From Woeseiaceae bacterium (lineage in GTDB: Bacteria; Pseudomonadota; Gammaproteobacteria; Steroidobacterales; Woeseiaceae): a DNA stretch of 64,000 nucleotides. A program made the translations under genes and the position numbers. The notes under the pieces are model-generated. The model did not search any database. It was not told the DNA's origin and saw only the letters and a list, made by a program, of their open reading frames with translations. Position 1 is the stretch's first letter, and every line of letters begins with the position of its first letter. The stretch covers positions 1,037-65,036 of the forward strand of contig JBFFOM010000006.1 of assembly GCA_041574455.1 (NCBI GenBank), in the 5' to 3' direction. Positions 63,450 to 64,000 of this stretch are shown here, piece after piece.

Positions 63450-63475
63450 GACCCGGCTTTGTGCCGGGTCTTTTG
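63450..63475 (+). terminator. Rho-independent terminator
   Basis: GACCCGGC-TTTGT-GCCGGGTC, a perfect 8-bp stem followed by TTTTG. Confidence 0.85.
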
Positions 63476-63545
63476 CATCTGGCGGCTTTACATGTGGCCC
63501 GTGCTATGGAGAATAAATCGGCCCGGGGAAGGAAACATCGACGCT

Positions 63546-63764
63546 ATGTGGGTCTCCAAACCGATTTACGAAAGCCTGCCGTACCTGTACCTGCTCATGG
63601 GAGCAATGTCGCTGGGCGCGTCGATGTATCTCAACTACAGCATCTGGCCGACCGTGTGTTTCATCGTCGGTCTCATTTGCCTGGTTGCGGGGCTGGTCGT
63701 GTTGCTGAAGCGTCGCGACCATCGCGTGACTGACCGGCGCGTAGGCCAGCGCCAGGATTACTAG
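63546..63764 (+). CDS. Small two-helix membrane protein (hypothetical)
   Basis: Track ORF 63426..63764 spans the terminator, so the start must be downstream. The ATG at 63546 (GGAAGGA about 12 nt upstream) gives 72 aa MWVSKPIYESLPYLYLLMGAMSLGASMYL...CFIVGLICLVAGLVVLLKRR. Alternative ATG at 63492. Confidence 0.5.
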   Translation: MWVSKPIYESLPYLYLLMGAMSLGASMYLNYSIWPTVCFIVGLICLVAGLVVLLKRRDHRVTDRRVGQRQDY

Positions 63765-63860
63765 GGCAGGGACGGCTCGGCGCCGCGACAAGACAGCCCT
63801 GGACAACGCCGTGCGTTGGCCCGCATGCCCGAGTCAACCACAGGTACGTGCGGCAAAGGC

Positions 63861-64000
63861 CTAGGCAGTTTCCTGCTCGTCAACGATCGCCTTGTCGTCG
63901 TCCTCAACCACGTCCTCAATCTGGTCCTCGAGGTCTTCGTCTTCGTTATGCAGCCGGTGATACACGAGTTCGTGCACACCGAGCGAGACAATATCGCCGT
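63861..64000 (-). CDS. Partial CDS (C-terminal 45 codons) of an unidentified protein with an acidic tail
   Basis: Hand translation of the minus strand gives ...GDIVSLGVHELVYHRLHNEDEDLEDQIEDVVEDDDKAIVDEQETA, with the stop at 63861-63863. Third positions are GC-rich, unlike the overlapping track ORF 63761..63991. The gene continues beyond the window. Confidence 0.45.
   Translation of the reverse strand, partial: GDIVSLGVHELVYHRLHNEDEDLEDQIEDVVEDDDKAIVDEQETA

Noticed and set aside
63761-63991. 76-aa minus-strand track ORF MSRSVCTNSCITGC...
   Set aside because: It is Arg/Thr/Ser-rich with a TTG start. Another frame on the same strand (63861-64000) has coding-like GC3 and a sensible acidic C-terminus ending at a TAG. 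The track ORF is the off-frame shadow of that partial gene.

Overview
GC-rich chromosomal core segment with proteobacterial (most likely gammaproteobacterial, Pseudomonas-like) gene order. All calls come from reading the ORF-track proteins and the DNA by eye; no homology search was run.

Gene content by region:
- 1-13.2 kb: most of the S10, spc and alpha ribosomal-protein operons (rplC to rplQ), including secY, rpoA and rpmJ. rpmJ is missing from the ORF track and was found by hand.
- 13.3-28.3 kb: mixed housekeeping and small accessory genes. These are a patatin-like lipase, an SDR, pepQ, ggt, trpS, a compact run of small enzymes, upp, nhaA, uup and slyX.
- 28.3-33.1 kb: the most unusual locus. 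A 1347-aa signal-peptide-bearing polytopic protein with no motif I recognise is translationally coupled to a secreted alpha/beta hydrolase. The large protein looks like a fusion of two paralogous halves.
- 33.1-47.2 kb: uvrA, MFS, ssb, a Met-rich secreted protein, then miaB-ybeZ-ybeY-corC-lnt-leuS-lptE.
- 47.2-52.4 kb: a block that interrupts the usual lptE-holA adjacency. It holds an HExxH/Cys-rich small protein, two unknown membrane proteins, hisI, cysS-sufE-yidD and a Trm112-like gene.
- 52.4-63.1 kb: holA-nadD-rsfS-rlmH-maf-rng-yhdP-nit-tldD.
- Window end: a strongly SD-led 58-codon acidic/Gly-Phe peptide gene with its own terminator, a small 2-TM ORF and a partial minus-strand CDS.

A REP-like palindromic repeat family (GTAGGAGC + GC hairpin) occurs at 5 or more intergenic sites. 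Three of these lie inside the spc operon.

I saw no rRNA, tRNA, CRISPR, IS or prophage features. Many long antisense ORFs in the track are GC-driven shadow ORFs.
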